This document shows, one piece after another, positions 10,766 through 26,097 of a stretch of 64,000 nt of DNA. Positions within the stretch are counted from its first letter, which is position 1, and each line of letters begins with the position of its first letter. Source of the DNA: an uncultured delta proteobacterium (GTDB lineage: Bacteria > Myxococcota > B64-G9); contig CAVWHX010000012.1 of the NCBI GenBank assembly GCA_963754925.1, positions 1-64,000 of the forward strand. The letters run 5' to 3'. The notes under the pieces are model-generated. The model saw only the letters and a list, made by a program, of their open reading frames with translations, had not been told where the DNA came from and made no database searches. The position numbers and the translations under genes were made by a program.

Positions 10766-11849
10766 TTGTCGACCGCATGATTATCGGGCTTCAGAGCCTG
10801 ATTCTAATAATCGTTCTATCCATACTCATGCTGTTGGCGCTGGTTCTCGATTTCTTTGAACTGGCTCATTTCCTGTTGGCTGGAAAAGGCTCCGGTGTCG
10901 ATGTGCTCTTGATGATTATCTTGCGACTGCCAACCTGGCTCAACCTCTTGCTCCCGGTCGCCTTGGTCGGAAGTACCTGTATCGTGTTTGCCCTGCTGGG
11001 TGGCACTCAGCAGCTTCGCGCCATGGCGGCGGCGGGCATTAGCCAGGTTAGGCTGCTTATACCCATTATGGTTGTCACGAGCTTCGTTATGGCGGCCACC
11101 GTTATGGTTCAGGAGTACTTGATCCCGCCAGCACTCAATAAAATGGAACCCCTGATGATACGCAGCTTTGGTCGAATCGATAGCACCTGGCGATTTTTAA
11201 AAACCACCAATGGTACCAAGGAGATGCTGGCAGGCTCTTTCGGGTGCAGGAAAAAAGTCCAGACGGAAAAAGCATGACGTCGGTAACCATTTGGGAGATG
11301 GATGCGAAATTTCGCGTCAAGAAAAGAACCGATCTTCACACAATGGAGTGGCAGGGGAATTCCTGGCTCGGCAGCGGCGTAGAGGAACGACAGTTCAGTC
11401 GGGGAAACGAGATTCAGTGGCAAACGTGGGAGAAGAAAAACATCCCGCTAACCGAGGGACCCGAACGGTTTCGGGAGGTTTCCGGGAGGCCGCAACAAAA
11501 AAAACTCGCCGAGCTATCCGCGAACATCGAGGAGTTGCAACGGCGAGGGTTGCCGGTCGCCGAGTATCTACTGGCGCTCCATAGCCGGTTTGCAATTCCG
11601 TTAATGGGATTCGCGTTGGTATTGCTGGGTTTTCCTTGGCTCTCGGTTCCCTGGAGAAAAAGAGCCATCTCCGGAGCGCTAACCGAGGCCATGGCGTTAG
11701 TGTTTGTCGGCTACCTCCTAGTCGCGGTCTGCACCTCGGCGGTCTCGGGTGGCCTCTTGTCAGCGGTAGCCGGCGCCTGGCTTCCTGTGGTAACTGTTTT
11801 CCTGGCAGCCGCTCCTCTGTGGGTTAGACTATTGAAAAAATCATTCTGA
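10762..11849 (+). CDS. lptG: LptG-like permease; frameshift in a T/A homopolymer near 11195-11203
   Basis: QLRAMAAAGIS in the first frame and HSRFAIPL...GAWLP in the second; ATGA overlap with lptF. Confidence 0.75.
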
Positions 11850-11859
11850 AGGAGCTTCT

Positions 11860-13164
11860 GTGGGTAGCGTTGGCATCACCAAAGAAACGCCGCCAATGCC
11901 GTCGTGGTTGCGGAAAGCAGGATCGATCACGCTTCTGATCTTTGCTTGGTCGCTGCCCATTTCAATATCGTGGATGCAGTCATCGGTCATTGCGGGGATC
12001 GCGCTCATAATCGCCGGGACCATATGGACCCGCGGAAAAAACCTCTATGCAACCCCGTTAGACAAAGCCTTTCTCTTTTGGCTTGCTGCCATCGGACTAT
12101 CGTTGTTTCTGTCAGAGCTCGGCCCGCCTTCGTTTCAAGAATCCACCTCATTTTGGACGATAACAGCCTATTATGTAACTTGGTATTTCCTGGATCGCGA
12201 GCGGACGTTGTATAAGGCATTGATAGGCATCATCTTATTATCCTGCATGGTTAGTGCATTTGGCGTATTCCAAAGCATTTCGGGCACGTACCCCCTGGGT
12301 CACCTTCTCCATCCCGATATAGAAGTTTTGTTAAAACCCATCACGGGAGCTGAAGGAAAAGTTGGAGCTGTGGGGCTCTTTTTTAGCCGGCTTACCTTCG
12401 CCCATGTACTTCTTTTTCCATTTTGTTGGAGTTTGGCATTGGCGATAGAACAAGCCGCCTTCAGGAATCGTTTGCTATGGCTAGCAGCCGCATGGTGCAT
12501 TGGCGTGGGGATATTCTTCACGTGGACCAGGGCGGCGCTCGTTGTGTCAATACTAGCCGCCTTGGCCATCATAAGCACGGCTCTTTTTCATAGAAAAAGC
12601 ACACGCATTGCCCTGGTTGCATCGATTCTTTTGTTGGGAACCATAGGTAGCATTCTTACTCCTCAGGTAACCCACCGTCTTCTTGAGAGTTTCTCAGGAT
12701 CCCGAGATTGGGGACGATTAACCCTGTGGCAGATTGCGCAAGATGAAGCCAATCGTTATCCCCTCACCGGATCTGGCTATGGAAATTATAGTCACGGCGC
12801 GGAAAGGGACATCGCAGCGCGGACCCGTGCTGTTGGAGAGGTACAGTTCCCCGGGGTACTCGCATGGGCGCATAGCAATCTCCTCACCGTGCTTGCTGAA
12901 ACCGGCGCCATTGGCACTATGGGGTTTTGCCTTCTCTTTGTTGTATTTTTCAGAAGAGCATGGAGGGTACGGAAAGATCTGCCTCCTGACAAGGTATTTT
13001 TACGAGGTTTTGTTCGAGGTTCAATCGTTGCGGCAGCAAGCTTTTTGGCGATCGGATTATTTCATGACAACCTTTTTAACGGAGCAGTTGTCTACAACCT
13101 TTGGTTTACCGTGGGAGCCACCCTGGTGATCGGCCGATGGAACTCAGGAAACAAAATATCTTGA
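11860..13164 (+). CDS. O-antigen ligase family protein (WaaL-like)
   Basis: Multiple TM segments; TWTRAA, GR...W, P.TG.GYG and AHSN.L..LAE.G..G motifs. Confidence 0.8.
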   Translation: MGSVGITKETPPMPSWLRKAGSITLLIFAWSLPISISWMQSSVIAGIALIIAGTIWTRGKNLYATPLDKAFLFWLAAIGLSLFLSELGPPSFQESTSFWTITAYYVTWYFLDRERTLYKALIGIILLSCMVSAFGVFQSISGTYPLGHLLHPDIEVLLKPITGAEGKVGAVGLFFSRLTFAHVLLFPFCWSLALAIEQAAFRNRLLWLAAAWCIGVGIFFTWTRAALVVSILAALAIISTALFHRKSTRIALVASILLLGTIGSILTPQVTHRLLESFSGSRDWGRLTLWQIAQDEANRYPLTGSGYGNYSHGAERDIAARTRAVGEVQFPGVLAWAHSNLLTVLAETGAIGTMGFCLLFVVFFRRAWRVRKDLPPDKVFLRGFVRGSIVAAASFLAIGLFHDNLFNGAVVYNLWFTVGATLVIGRWNSGNKIS

Positions 13165-13790
13165 TGGCACTTTCGGAAATATTGGTGATTGTCCTAGTCC
13201 TCGGCCTCGCGGTATGGCCTGCAACTCTTTCTCTCAGACCTGGGATTTTGTTGTCTGCTCTTCTTATTCTTTCCTTGGTTCCTTATAAAAATCCTGATTC
13301 CTCAAACGGCCGTTTGTCATACAACCAAGCGCTCTATTTAATTTCTCTTCTGGTTTTGTTAGGCTCTTTAGGTACAGAACCACTACATTGCCTCTATGGG
13401 CTGATACTGCTTTTACCGGGAGCGGGGCTTGCTATTCTAGGTGTTATGAGAACTATAAAAGATGTTCGCGCTAAACGGCGTTGGTCGAGCTTTCGATATG
13501 ACATGGTTTATTCCGCTGTTGCAACATTGGCCGCTAGTGCCTTAGTCGTTGGTGTATCTTGGATTGCATTGAATTTTCGATCAGAACTGCCTATCACCCC
13601 CGGCAAGTCTGACTTTCTTTTCATCATGTTCTTTTGGGCGGGAACGTGGTTTGGGCTCGACGGGTATCTCAGAGAACTTGGCTCGCATCCAATAACAAGT
13701 TACAAAAAGTGGTTTATTGAACGGCGCCACTCGCTCATGCTTATCGCTGTCTGCGCTACTCTTATAATACTCAGGGAAAGTAACCTTTAA
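13164..13790 (+). CDS. Hypothetical membrane protein
   Basis: Hydrophobic ORF whose ATG overlaps the upstream stop (TGATG). Confidence 0.55.
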   Translation: MALSEILVIVLVLGLAVWPATLSLRPGILLSALLILSLVPYKNPDSSNGRLSYNQALYLISLLVLLGSLGTEPLHCLYGLILLLPGAGLAILGVMRTIKDVRAKRRWSSFRYDMVYSAVATLAASALVVGVSWIALNFRSELPITPGKSDFLFIMFFWAGTWFGLDGYLRELGSHPITSYKKWFIERRHSLMLIAVCATLIILRESNL

Positions 13791-13842
13791 GCACGCTGCT
13801 TATGGCGAACAGAAGGTTTAGCGCTTAGGATCAGGGTTTTCA

Positions 13843-14178
13843 ATGGCTAAAAACCAAAAACTAAAAGAACCGCGGGAGCGACAACACACCCTGCGTCAGG
13901 AGATTCTCGGGCACCTCAGGCAAGGACCCCTGACCGCCCGCGATCTGTCAGGGTTGCTCGGCATCCCTGAGAAAGAAGTGATACCCCATCTTGAACACTT
14001 ACAACACACATTACGCCGACGATCGCTCTGTTTAGTGATCAAACCGGCCCAGTGCCTTGGTTGCAGCTATGAGTTTACGAAGCGCACCCGGCTCACCCGC
14101 CCGAGCGCCTGCCCAAACTGCCGCGGCCAACGTATCGAACCGCCTACGTTTAGATTGGAAGAAACGGACCGCACGTAG
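13843..14178 (+). CDS. HTH plus Zn-ribbon putative transcriptional regulator (COG3357-like)
   Basis: N-terminal HTH followed by CxxC...CPxC (CLGC, CPNC). Confidence 0.75.
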   Translation: MAKNQKLKEPRERQHTLRQEILGHLRQGPLTARDLSGLLGIPEKEVIPHLEHLQHTLRRRSLCLVIKPAQCLGCSYEFTKRTRLTRPSACPNCRGQRIEPPTFRLEETDRT

Positions 14179-14195
14179 GTGCGTTAGGTCAATGC

Positions 14196-14261
14196 GTCAT
14201 CCCCGCGAAGGCGGGGATCCAGACCCCAGCCATACTGGATTCCCGCCTGCGCGGGAATGAC
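14196..14261. repeat. REP-like double-hairpin element, copy 2 (between convergent genes)
   Basis: Arms match 3090-3155 apart from one loop base; the central spacer differs. Confidence 0.85.
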
Positions 14262-14267
14262 AACCTC

Positions 14268-16201
14268 TTAGCCCTTGGATTCCTTGAAGTCGGCGTCGAT
14301 GACATCACTATCGCTGGTGTCGCTCGAAGCCCCCCCGCCGGGCGGTGGCGTCGTATAGGCCGGGCCGGAGCCACCACCAGCCGCTTCTGCACCGGCAGCG
14401 CCGGCCGTCGAGCGGTAAAGAACCTCTCCCATTTTTTGCGAAGCCTGGATCAGGTCATCGGTCGCTTTCTGAATATCCTCGGTTTTTTCAGCGGAGACGG
14501 CGTTCTTCAAATCTTGAATACGCGACTCGATGTTGGAAACCGCGTCGGCAGGCAGTTTGTCCTTGTACTCTTTCAACATCTTTTCAGTCTGATAGACCAA
14601 CTGCTCCCCACGATTGCGCGTCTCGACCTCTTGTCGACGTTTCTTGTCTTCTTCCTCGTGCACCTTGGCCTCTTCTACCTTCTTATCGATCTCGTTCTTG
14701 TTCAAGCCTGAGCTTGCGGTGATGGTGATGTGCTGCTCGCGGCTGGTTGCCTTATCAAGGGCGGTTACATTGACGATGCCGTTAGCGTCTATGTCAAAGG
14801 TAACTTCGACTTGCGGCAAGCCGCGCGGGGAAGGCGGTATACCGTCGAGAATAAACTTACCCAAGGTGCGATTGTCGCGCGCCATCTCGCGTTCGCCTTG
14901 TAACACATGCACTTCGACCGAGGTCTGACCATCCGCTGCGGTTGAAAATATCTCGCTCTTGCGGGTCGGGATGGTGGTGTTGCGTTCTATCAAGCGGGTC
15001 ATGACGCCCCCGAGGGTCTCAATGCCAAGCAACAGCGGGGTGACATCCAACAAGAGTAAACTTAACCTGACCCTTGAGAACACCCGCTTGCAAGGCGGCG
15101 CCGACACCCACGACTTCGTCCGGGTTGACTGACCGGTTGGGTTCCTTGCCGAAGAATTTTTTCACCTCGGCCTGAATACGTGGCATGCGGGTCATACCGC
15201 CAACGAGAACCACCTCGTCGATTTCGGACGGTTTTTTCTTGGCGTCGGCCAGCGCCTTGCGGGTTGGTTCGAAGGAGTGCGCCGATGAGATCCTCGCACA
15301 GCGATTCGAGCTTCGCGCGGGTCAATTTAATGTTCATATGCCGAGGTCCGGTGTTGTCGGCGGTCAAGAAGGGCAAGTTTATTTCGGTCTCAAGTGCAGA
15401 GCTTAGCTCGATTTTGGCTTTCTCGCCCGCCTCCTTTAACCGCTGCATGACCATTTTATCGTTCGATACATCGATGCCCTGATCGCGCTTAAACTCGGCG
15501 ACGAGATACTCGATGATGCGCTGATCGATATTATCGCCGCCCAAGTGGGTATCGCCGTTGGTCGAAATAACTTCAACGACATTTTCGCCCACCTCCAAGA
15601 TTGAGATGTCGAAGGTGCCGCCGCCAAAGTCGTATACCGCTATCACTTCGTCCTTTTTCTTGTCCAAGCCGTAGGCCAAAGCAGCCGCGGTGGGCTCGTT
15701 GACAATACGCAGTACGTTCAGCCCGGCAATAGTTCCCGCGTCCTTGGTGGCCTGGCGCTGGCTGTCGTTAAAGTAGGCCGGCACGGTAATAACCGCCTCT
15801 TTTACCTCTTCTCCTAAATAGGCCTCGGCGGCCCGTTTCAGTTTTTGCAGGATCTTGGCGCTGATCTCGGGTGGAGAATATTTTTTTCCCTGAATGTCGA
15901 CTTGAGCGTCGTTATTGCTCGCTTTGACAACCTTGTACGGAACGAGACGCATCTCTTCACCAACTTCAGTGTACTTGCGCCCCATGAAACGCTTGATGCT
16001 ATAGACGGTATTTTCTGGGTTGGTTATGGATTGACGTTTGGCAACCTGTCCGACTAAAATTTCTCCATCTTTTTGAAACCCAACCACCGATGGAGTGGTA
16101 CGACCGCCCTCTTCGTTTAGAATTACCTTCGGCTCGCTGCCTTCCATTACTGCTACCACCGAGTTGGTAGTACCCAGATCTATCCCTATGCACTTGCTCA
16201 T
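14268..16201 (-). CDS. dnaK: Chaperone DnaK; two apparent frameshifts (about 15285 and 15060)
   Basis: [44 protein letters not shown] and acidic DVIDADF tail, spread over three frames. Confidence 0.95.
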
Positions 16202-16505
16202 ACAGTCCTCCAAAATCAGTAGTAGTTACAGGTTATTGCAAGATTTTTAGGTTTTCCTCCACGTTAAAAGATTAATCACCAAGAATCGATTGTCAAGGGT
16301 TACGTAATCTTTATCTATTCTCCAACTCTAAAAGACTTTTTATATGATTGACTGGTCTTAATTCGTTAGTGGGTCAGTTTGCCGTGTCGTTCGACGAACA
16401 CCCGCAAGCCTCAAACTGAGTCACTACCCTTAATTCATTTACATTGCATAAGCCTTCGATTATTTCCATAATCAGTTTTTGTGTCGGTTAGCAGTGAGCT
16501 TTACG

Positions 16506-16533
16506 GGCTCTTATCCCTTTAGGGGTTAGAGCC
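16506..16533. repeat. Palindromic repeat, TATCCCTTTAGGG family
   Basis: GGCTCTTATCCCTTTAGGGGTTAGAGCC; shares its core with the elements at 46691 and 60380. Confidence 0.7.
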
Positions 16534-16548
16534 TGTGGAGGTGTATCG

Positions 16549-17667
16549 ATGGAGAACAAGATTTTTTTTCATAACGCCCGCGCATCGGCTAAACGTAATC
16601 GGATTCACAAAGTAAAGGAGCTTTTTTATAAAGCCGGGTTCGATAAGTTGATCCAAAAAGGTGACCGAGTGGCAATCAAGGTGCACTGGGGCGAACCGGG
16701 AAATGTTGCCTTTATTCCACCACCGTATGTAGCGGCAATTGTTGAGTTAGTGCAAAAATCAGGCGGTTTGCCGTACGTCACCGACACCAACACCCTTTAT
16801 ACGGGCATGCGTCGGAATGCTGTACAAAACATTTTGGCAGCGGCGCAGAACGGGTTTACCGCCCTTACCTTGGGCGCACCGGTAATTGTCGCCGATGGCA
16901 TTTGGGGCCGTGATTACAGAGAGATCGATCTGCCGGGCTCAACCGTTGGAAAGGCAAAAATAGCTTCGGGCATTCTTGATGCCGACGTCATGATTGTTCT
17001 CAGTCACGTGAAAGGACACATGCTCTTCGGCTTTGGCGGTGCGCTCAAAAACCTCGGGATGGGTTGCGCTGCTCCGGGCGGCAAACAAATTCTACATTCG
17101 GACCTGCGGCCTATTGTCGACCAAACGAAATGCACCGGCGACGGCATTTGCACACGGCGGTGCCCGCAACAGTGCATTGAGCTTGTCGATCACCTTAAAA
17201 CCTCAACGGGCCGGCGCATGGCCCAGATCGATGATTCACGCTGCATTGGCTGCGGCGAATGCACGGCCGCGTGCCCCCACGAGGCAATTCCTATTCGTTG
17301 GGAAACTTCTGCCGACATGATCCAAATCAAAACCGCCGAATACGCGTTGGCGGTAGTCAAAGACAAACCCGGAAAGGTCGGCTACATCAATTTCCTCATT
17401 CAAATCACCCCTGATTGCGACTGTTGCGACTGGAACGACAATCCGTTCGTCCCGGACCTGGGATTTCTTTCCTCAACCGATCCGGTGGCCATAGACGTCG
17501 CTTCCACCACACTCGTTCGCGAAGCAACGCCATTGCCGCTCTCCAAGGCAGCCGATTGCCAAGGCGACCCCTGGCGCGCGGTGTACGACATTGACTACGG
17601 GATCATTTTTAAGCATGCCGAGCGCATCGGCTTGGGTCACAGCACGTATCAACTAATTAAACTGTAG
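16549..17667 (+). CDS. DUF362 domain Fe-S protein with an internal ferredoxin-like domain
   Basis: VAIKVHWGE, TDTNTLY, SHVKGH, GGALKNLGMG, CIGCGECTAACP, PDCDC and DPVAID motifs. Confidence 0.88.
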   Translation: MENKIFFHNARASAKRNRIHKVKELFYKAGFDKLIQKGDRVAIKVHWGEPGNVAFIPPPYVAAIVELVQKSGGLPYVTDTNTLYTGMRRNAVQNILAAAQNGFTALTLGAPVIVADGIWGRDYREIDLPGSTVGKAKIASGILDADVMIVLSHVKGHMLFGFGGALKNLGMGCAAPGGKQILHSDLRPIVDQTKCTGDGICTRRCPQQCIELVDHLKTSTGRRMAQIDDSRCIGCGECTAACPHEAIPIRWETSADMIQIKTAEYALAVVKDKPGKVGYINFLIQITPDCDCCDWNDNPFVPDLGFLSSTDPVAIDVASTTLVREATPLPLSKAADCQGDPWRAVYDIDYGIIFKHAERIGLGHSTYQLIKL

Positions 17668-17695
17668 GAGAAAGGATAATCTCTTAGGGATTCCT

Positions 17696-18226
17696 TCACC
17701 GTGGCTCATTCAGATCTAGCGACTCAATGGTCTTTCGCACCAGATAGAGGTGGTTTTTATTGTCAAAGAAGCTGCGGAATCCAAATTTCTTATACCACGT
17801 TCGCGCTCGGTCATTTTTTGCCTCAACGACAAAAGCCGTCCATGCAAGGTCATTCTTTAGGGCGCGGCACATGGCGTCGATCAAGAGATGTGCTCCAAGT
17901 CCCCTTCCTTGGACGTCTTGGTGAACTGCGAGGCGACCCAACCTAACGGCAGGGGCAGTTGGATACCGAGGCATCTTCCGGGCAATTTCCGTTGGTAGCT
18001 GATCTAACAGTACGGAGGCCATAGAGAGAGAGTAGAAGCCATGCAGAACATCCGTGCTTATCTCTACAGCCATGAAAATCGTGGCGAAATCTCGTCGTGA
18101 ATCCTGTGATGCCTGCTGTCTGAGATATCGGTCGAGGTCTGAATTTCCGCATGAAAAGGAAGCACGATCATGAGCCGAGGAAAGTGGTTCTATTCTATAG
18201 AGATCTCGAAGCGAAAGGGTCTTCAT
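17696..18226 (-). CDS. GNAT acetyltransferase toxin (TacT/AtaT-like)
   Basis: FSCGN..LD.YL, LGRLAV...QGRGLG and WYKKFGF motifs; overlaps the upstream DUF1778 gene. Confidence 0.88.
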   Translation of the reverse strand: MKTLSLRDLYRIEPLSSAHDRASFSCGNSDLDRYLRQQASQDSRRDFATIFMAVEISTDVLHGFYSLSMASVLLDQLPTEIARKMPRYPTAPAVRLGRLAVHQDVQGRGLGAHLLIDAMCRALKNDLAWTAFVVEAKNDRARTWYKKFGFRSFFDNKNHLYLVRKTIESLDLNEPR

Positions 18227-18519
18227 CGACCAGACCTGCGTCGGTATCGTCTCGCTGCCATTTTCAACGCAGGGTTCGGCGCCGGCGGATTCAATATTGC
18301 CTCGGCAAAGGCTATCTGATCCCGTTGACTCAGGTCCAAGATTTCATGCTCGCGGATGACCCTTCGAGCTGCCTCTGCCGCCGCCTGAAGGACAAAATCC
18401 GTTAGAGTCTGGCCTTCCAGGTTTGAAGCACGCATAAATATCCTCTTCAATGGCGCGGGAATACGCGCCTCCAGACGTTCTATATTTTCTCTAACGATCA
18501 CGCGCGCATTTTTGTCCAT
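18223..18519 (-). CDS. DUF1778 RHH antitoxin (TacA/AtaR-like)
   Basis: ERLEARI, RA..L.G.TLTDFV and LS..D...F..A..NPP.PN.AL motifs. Confidence 0.88.
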   Translation of the reverse strand: MDKNARVIVRENIERLEARIPAPLKRIFMRASNLEGQTLTDFVLQAAAEAARRVIREHEILDLSQRDQIAFAEAILNPPAPNPALKMAARRYRRRSGR

Positions 18520-18543
18520 AGCTCTCCGTCCTTTCTACTAGAA

Positions 18544-18572
18544 AATGTACGGCATATTGCCGTATATGTCAA
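18544..18572 (-). promoter_or_regulatory. Sigma70 promoter with an overlapping palindromic operator for the TA operon
   Basis: Minus strand TTGACA-17 nt-TACATT; perfect inverted repeat TACGGCA-TAT-TGCCGTA at 18548-18564. Confidence 0.8.
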
Positions 18573-18619
18573 CTTCTTTTTTATTGAGTCTAACGTGATG
18601 ATAACACAATGATAAAACG

Positions 18620-18643
18620 GAAGAAAAAGGGGATAACCCTTTG
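18620..18643 (-). terminator. Possible intrinsic terminator after lon
   Basis: AAAGGG-GGATAA-CCCTTT hairpin with a T-rich tail on the minus strand, just after the lon stop. Confidence 0.45.
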
Positions 18644-18648
18644 AAATA

Positions 18649-21109
<2,461 letters not shown>

Positions 21110-21290
21110 CTGCACTTCCTTTCAAACCACCTGCCAATATCTCCACTGATTAACTATCGACATAAACCAGTCCTGATGCAAGGGAGAGAATACCAAAAAA
21201 AATATATCGTAAGTCCAGTGTTTTTTTCAGCCACGAGCAATAATATTCTACCCCAAGAATCCTATTATGCCTTTTCGGGCGCAAGAAGAC

Positions 21291-21321
21291 AAAAAATCGG
21301 GAGGACGTGGGTCCTCCCGAT
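21291..21321 (-). terminator. Intrinsic terminator downstream of groESL
   Basis: Perfect 11-bp stem ATCGGGAGGAC/GTCCTCCCGAT, 4-nt loop, followed by a T run on the minus strand. Confidence 0.8.
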
Positions 21322-21344
21322 AAGAACAATCGGAACGATTTCAA

Positions 21345-21609
21345 GTCCCCTTGCGGGGATAAGAGGCTGTAACGCTCGCCTCCTAAACTCCCTTTCTAGC
21401 CCCTGTCGCTTCGCTCCAGGGGTAAGAGAGCGTAAGCCTCACTTCGCTCGGCAATAATCTCTAGCCCCCTTCGGGGACAAGAGACTGTACGCTCACTGCG
21501 TTCGCAATATCTCTAACCCCTGTCGCTTCGCTGGGGCTAATCCTCTAGCCCCCTTCGGGGGTAAGAGACTGTAACGCTCGCTTCGCTCACGCTCGCTCGC
21601 TAACAGTCT

Positions 21610-21612
<3 letters not shown>
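21345..21612. repeat. Tandem array of about five imperfect palindromic units
   Basis: Recurrent TCTA(G/A)CCCC-loop-GGGG(T/C)AA(GAG), GAGACTGT and CGCTTCGCT motifs. Confidence 0.8.
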
Positions 21613-23563
<1,951 letters not shown>

Positions 23564-23921
23564 GTAGATTCCTCCTCCTTGCGTTACCAGTTATTTTAAA
23601 AGCCGGCGTAACAGGTAATCACAGCTTCTGAATTTGTCAAGTCCTGAATGCTAAAGATCAAAAAAAACCACCAAAATTTAATTAAGCTTCTATTCTGGGG
23701 ATTTCTACATAACGATCTCGTATGTAAAATATATAAATATATCAATATATTAGAGGTATCCCGATGAAAAATAAAACTATTGTTACGGCAGCTGCCACTA
23801 CAGACAGGGGCCCCCTATAATCAAACCCATGCAATAATCATAAAGAAAACACTGGACTGAACGATGGTAACCAGACTACCGTTTCGAACGACCAATTCAT
23901 GATTATATTTTTTTTAGACTC

Positions 23922-26087
23922 ATGATAACCTTACAAGACATTCTTGACCAGCTCCGCAAAAACAACCCCGAAGCTAAGGTCAGCGAGGTCGAGAAGGCCT
24001 ATGAATATTCCGCCAAGGTTCACCAAGGACAACTCAGGCGTTCGGGCGAACCATACTTGGTGCACCCCCTCAGCGTCGCCCTGATTATAGCCCAGCTCAA
24101 CATGGATGAAGCGAGCGTCATGACCGGTCTCTTGCACGACACCCTTGAGGACACCTTGGCCACTCCCCAAGAGATAGAATCCTTGTTCGGACCGACGGTG
24201 CTGTTTTTAGTCGAGGGGGTAACCAAACTCGCGAAGGTGTCGTTCCATAGCGGCGAGGAACGCCAGGCCGAGAATGTGCGCAAGATGCTCGTGGCTATGT
24301 CGCAGGATCTGCGGGTCATCTTCGTCAAATTGGCCGACCGGCTGCACAACATGCGTACCCTTGAATATATGGAGCCGAATCAACGGGAGATGATCTCGCG
24401 CGAGACGCTGGATATCTACGCACCGTTAGCCAATCGGCTCGGCATCCAGTGGATCCGCACTGAATTGGAAGATTTGTCGTTTCGTTGGATGTTTCCCGAG
24501 GAGTTTCAAAGGCTTGGCGAACACCTTGATCAACTCATCAAGGAGCGGCGGCAATATATCGAAGAAGTCATCGATATGCTGCGCACCGTGGTGACCGACA
24601 ATGAGATCACGGCCACGGTCTCCGGCCGGATCAAACACATTTATAGTATCTTTCGCAAGATGCGGCAAAAGGAAGTGGACTTTGACCAGATATACGACAT
24701 CATTGCCTTTCGCATCATCACGACCAGCATCGGCGACTGTTACCGCGTGCTGGGCCTCATCCACGCGTTGTGGAAACCGGTGGTAGGACGATTCAAAGAC
24801 TATATCGCGGTGCCCAAGATTTAACCGTTATCAATCTCTTCACACGACGGTAATCGGGATGAACGGCGAGCGGGTGGAAATTCAGATCCGCACCGAGGAA
24901 ATGCATCGCATTGCCGAGCAAGGCATCGCAGCGCACTGGGTTTACAAGGAAGGAGTCAAGGGCGACAGCAACCGCAAGCATGATTTATCACAATTTGCCT
25001 GGTTGCGGGAGCTGCTCGATCAGCAAAAAGATGTCAAGGATGCGGCCGAGTTTCTCGAGTCGGTTAAGGTCGATCTGTTTTCGGACGAGGTCTTCACCTT
25101 TACCCCCGAAGGGGACGTCAAGGCGCTGCCGAATGGCGCCACCGCGTTGGACTTCGCCTATCTGGTGCATACCGAGGTCGGTCATCACTGCGTGGGCGCC
25201 CGCATCAACGGCAAGATTGCGCCGCTGCGCCAGAAACTCAAAAACGGCGACACGGTCGAGATCATCACCAACCCCAACCAGCGGCCGAGCAAGGACTGGC
25301 TATCGTTTGTCAAGACGGCCAGCGCACGCAACAAAATTCGCAGCGTCGTTCGCGCCGAGCAGCGCAAGCGTTCGGAAGAAATCGGCCACGAGATTCTTGA
25401 AAAAGAGTGCAAACGCCGTGGGATCAGCTTGCAACGGGTCTGGCGCACCGGCGAGGTAAACAAGACCGCCGAAGCCCTGGGGTTCAAGGACGGCGAGGAG
25501 ATGATGGTGGCGCTGGGGGTCGGTAAAATTAGCACGACTAAGATTCTTGATGTCTTGGCTCCTCCCGTAACCTCCGAAGAAGAACCCGAAACCTTGGAGC
25601 GCTGGTCCGCTAAAATCAGCAGCCTGTTCAAACGCGGCAAGAAATCCAAGAGCGGCATTTTGGTGCAGGGGCTGGATGACGTGCTCATCCGCTTTGCCAA
25701 GTGCTGTAACCCGATTCCCGGAGATTCGCTCGTCGGCGTCATCACCCGAGGTCGCGGGGTATCGGTGCACACCAGCAGGTGTCCCCATTTGCGGGAGGCT
25801 GATCCGGAACGACGAATCGAGGTGCGTTGGGATCAAAGCCAAGACTTGGTTCGCTCGGTTGGCATTCGCATCTTCTGCAGCGATAGGCCTGGCGTGCTCG
25901 CCAACCTAACCAGTGTGATCTCCGAATCTGGGCTCAACATAAGCAAGGTCAATGCTCGGGTCGAGGATAAAGGACACGCCGTCTGCGTCTTTCGAGTCGA
26001 CATCAACAATCTCGATCAGCTTCAACAAGTAATGCTTAAAATAGGAAGGATTAAGGCGTCAGCAAAGTCGAACGCATCCAGGGGTGA
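23922..26087 (+). CDS. spoT: Bifunctional (p)ppGpp synthetase/hydrolase RelA/SpoT; apparent frameshifts near 24820 and 26054
   Basis: HD domain (LLHDTLED, KLADRLHNMRTL), synthetase (GRIKH, KDYIA.PK, YQSLHT, EIQIRT), TGS (DFAY.VH), CC.P.PGD and ACT domains. Corrected end reads IKGVSKVERIQG-stop at 26087. Confidence 0.93.
26011..26087 (+). repeat. relA/spoT 3'-end repeat, copy 1 (att-like, left boundary)
   Basis: Aligns with 41551-41628 with 12 mismatches and 1 gap over 78 nt (hand alignment). Confidence 0.9.
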
Positions 26088-26097
26088 TCGGGCGCGG

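Noticed and set aside
23628..23654. CIRCE element upstream of groES
   Set aside because: Only one imperfect half-site (GAATGCTAA) is present, with no partner 9 nt away.
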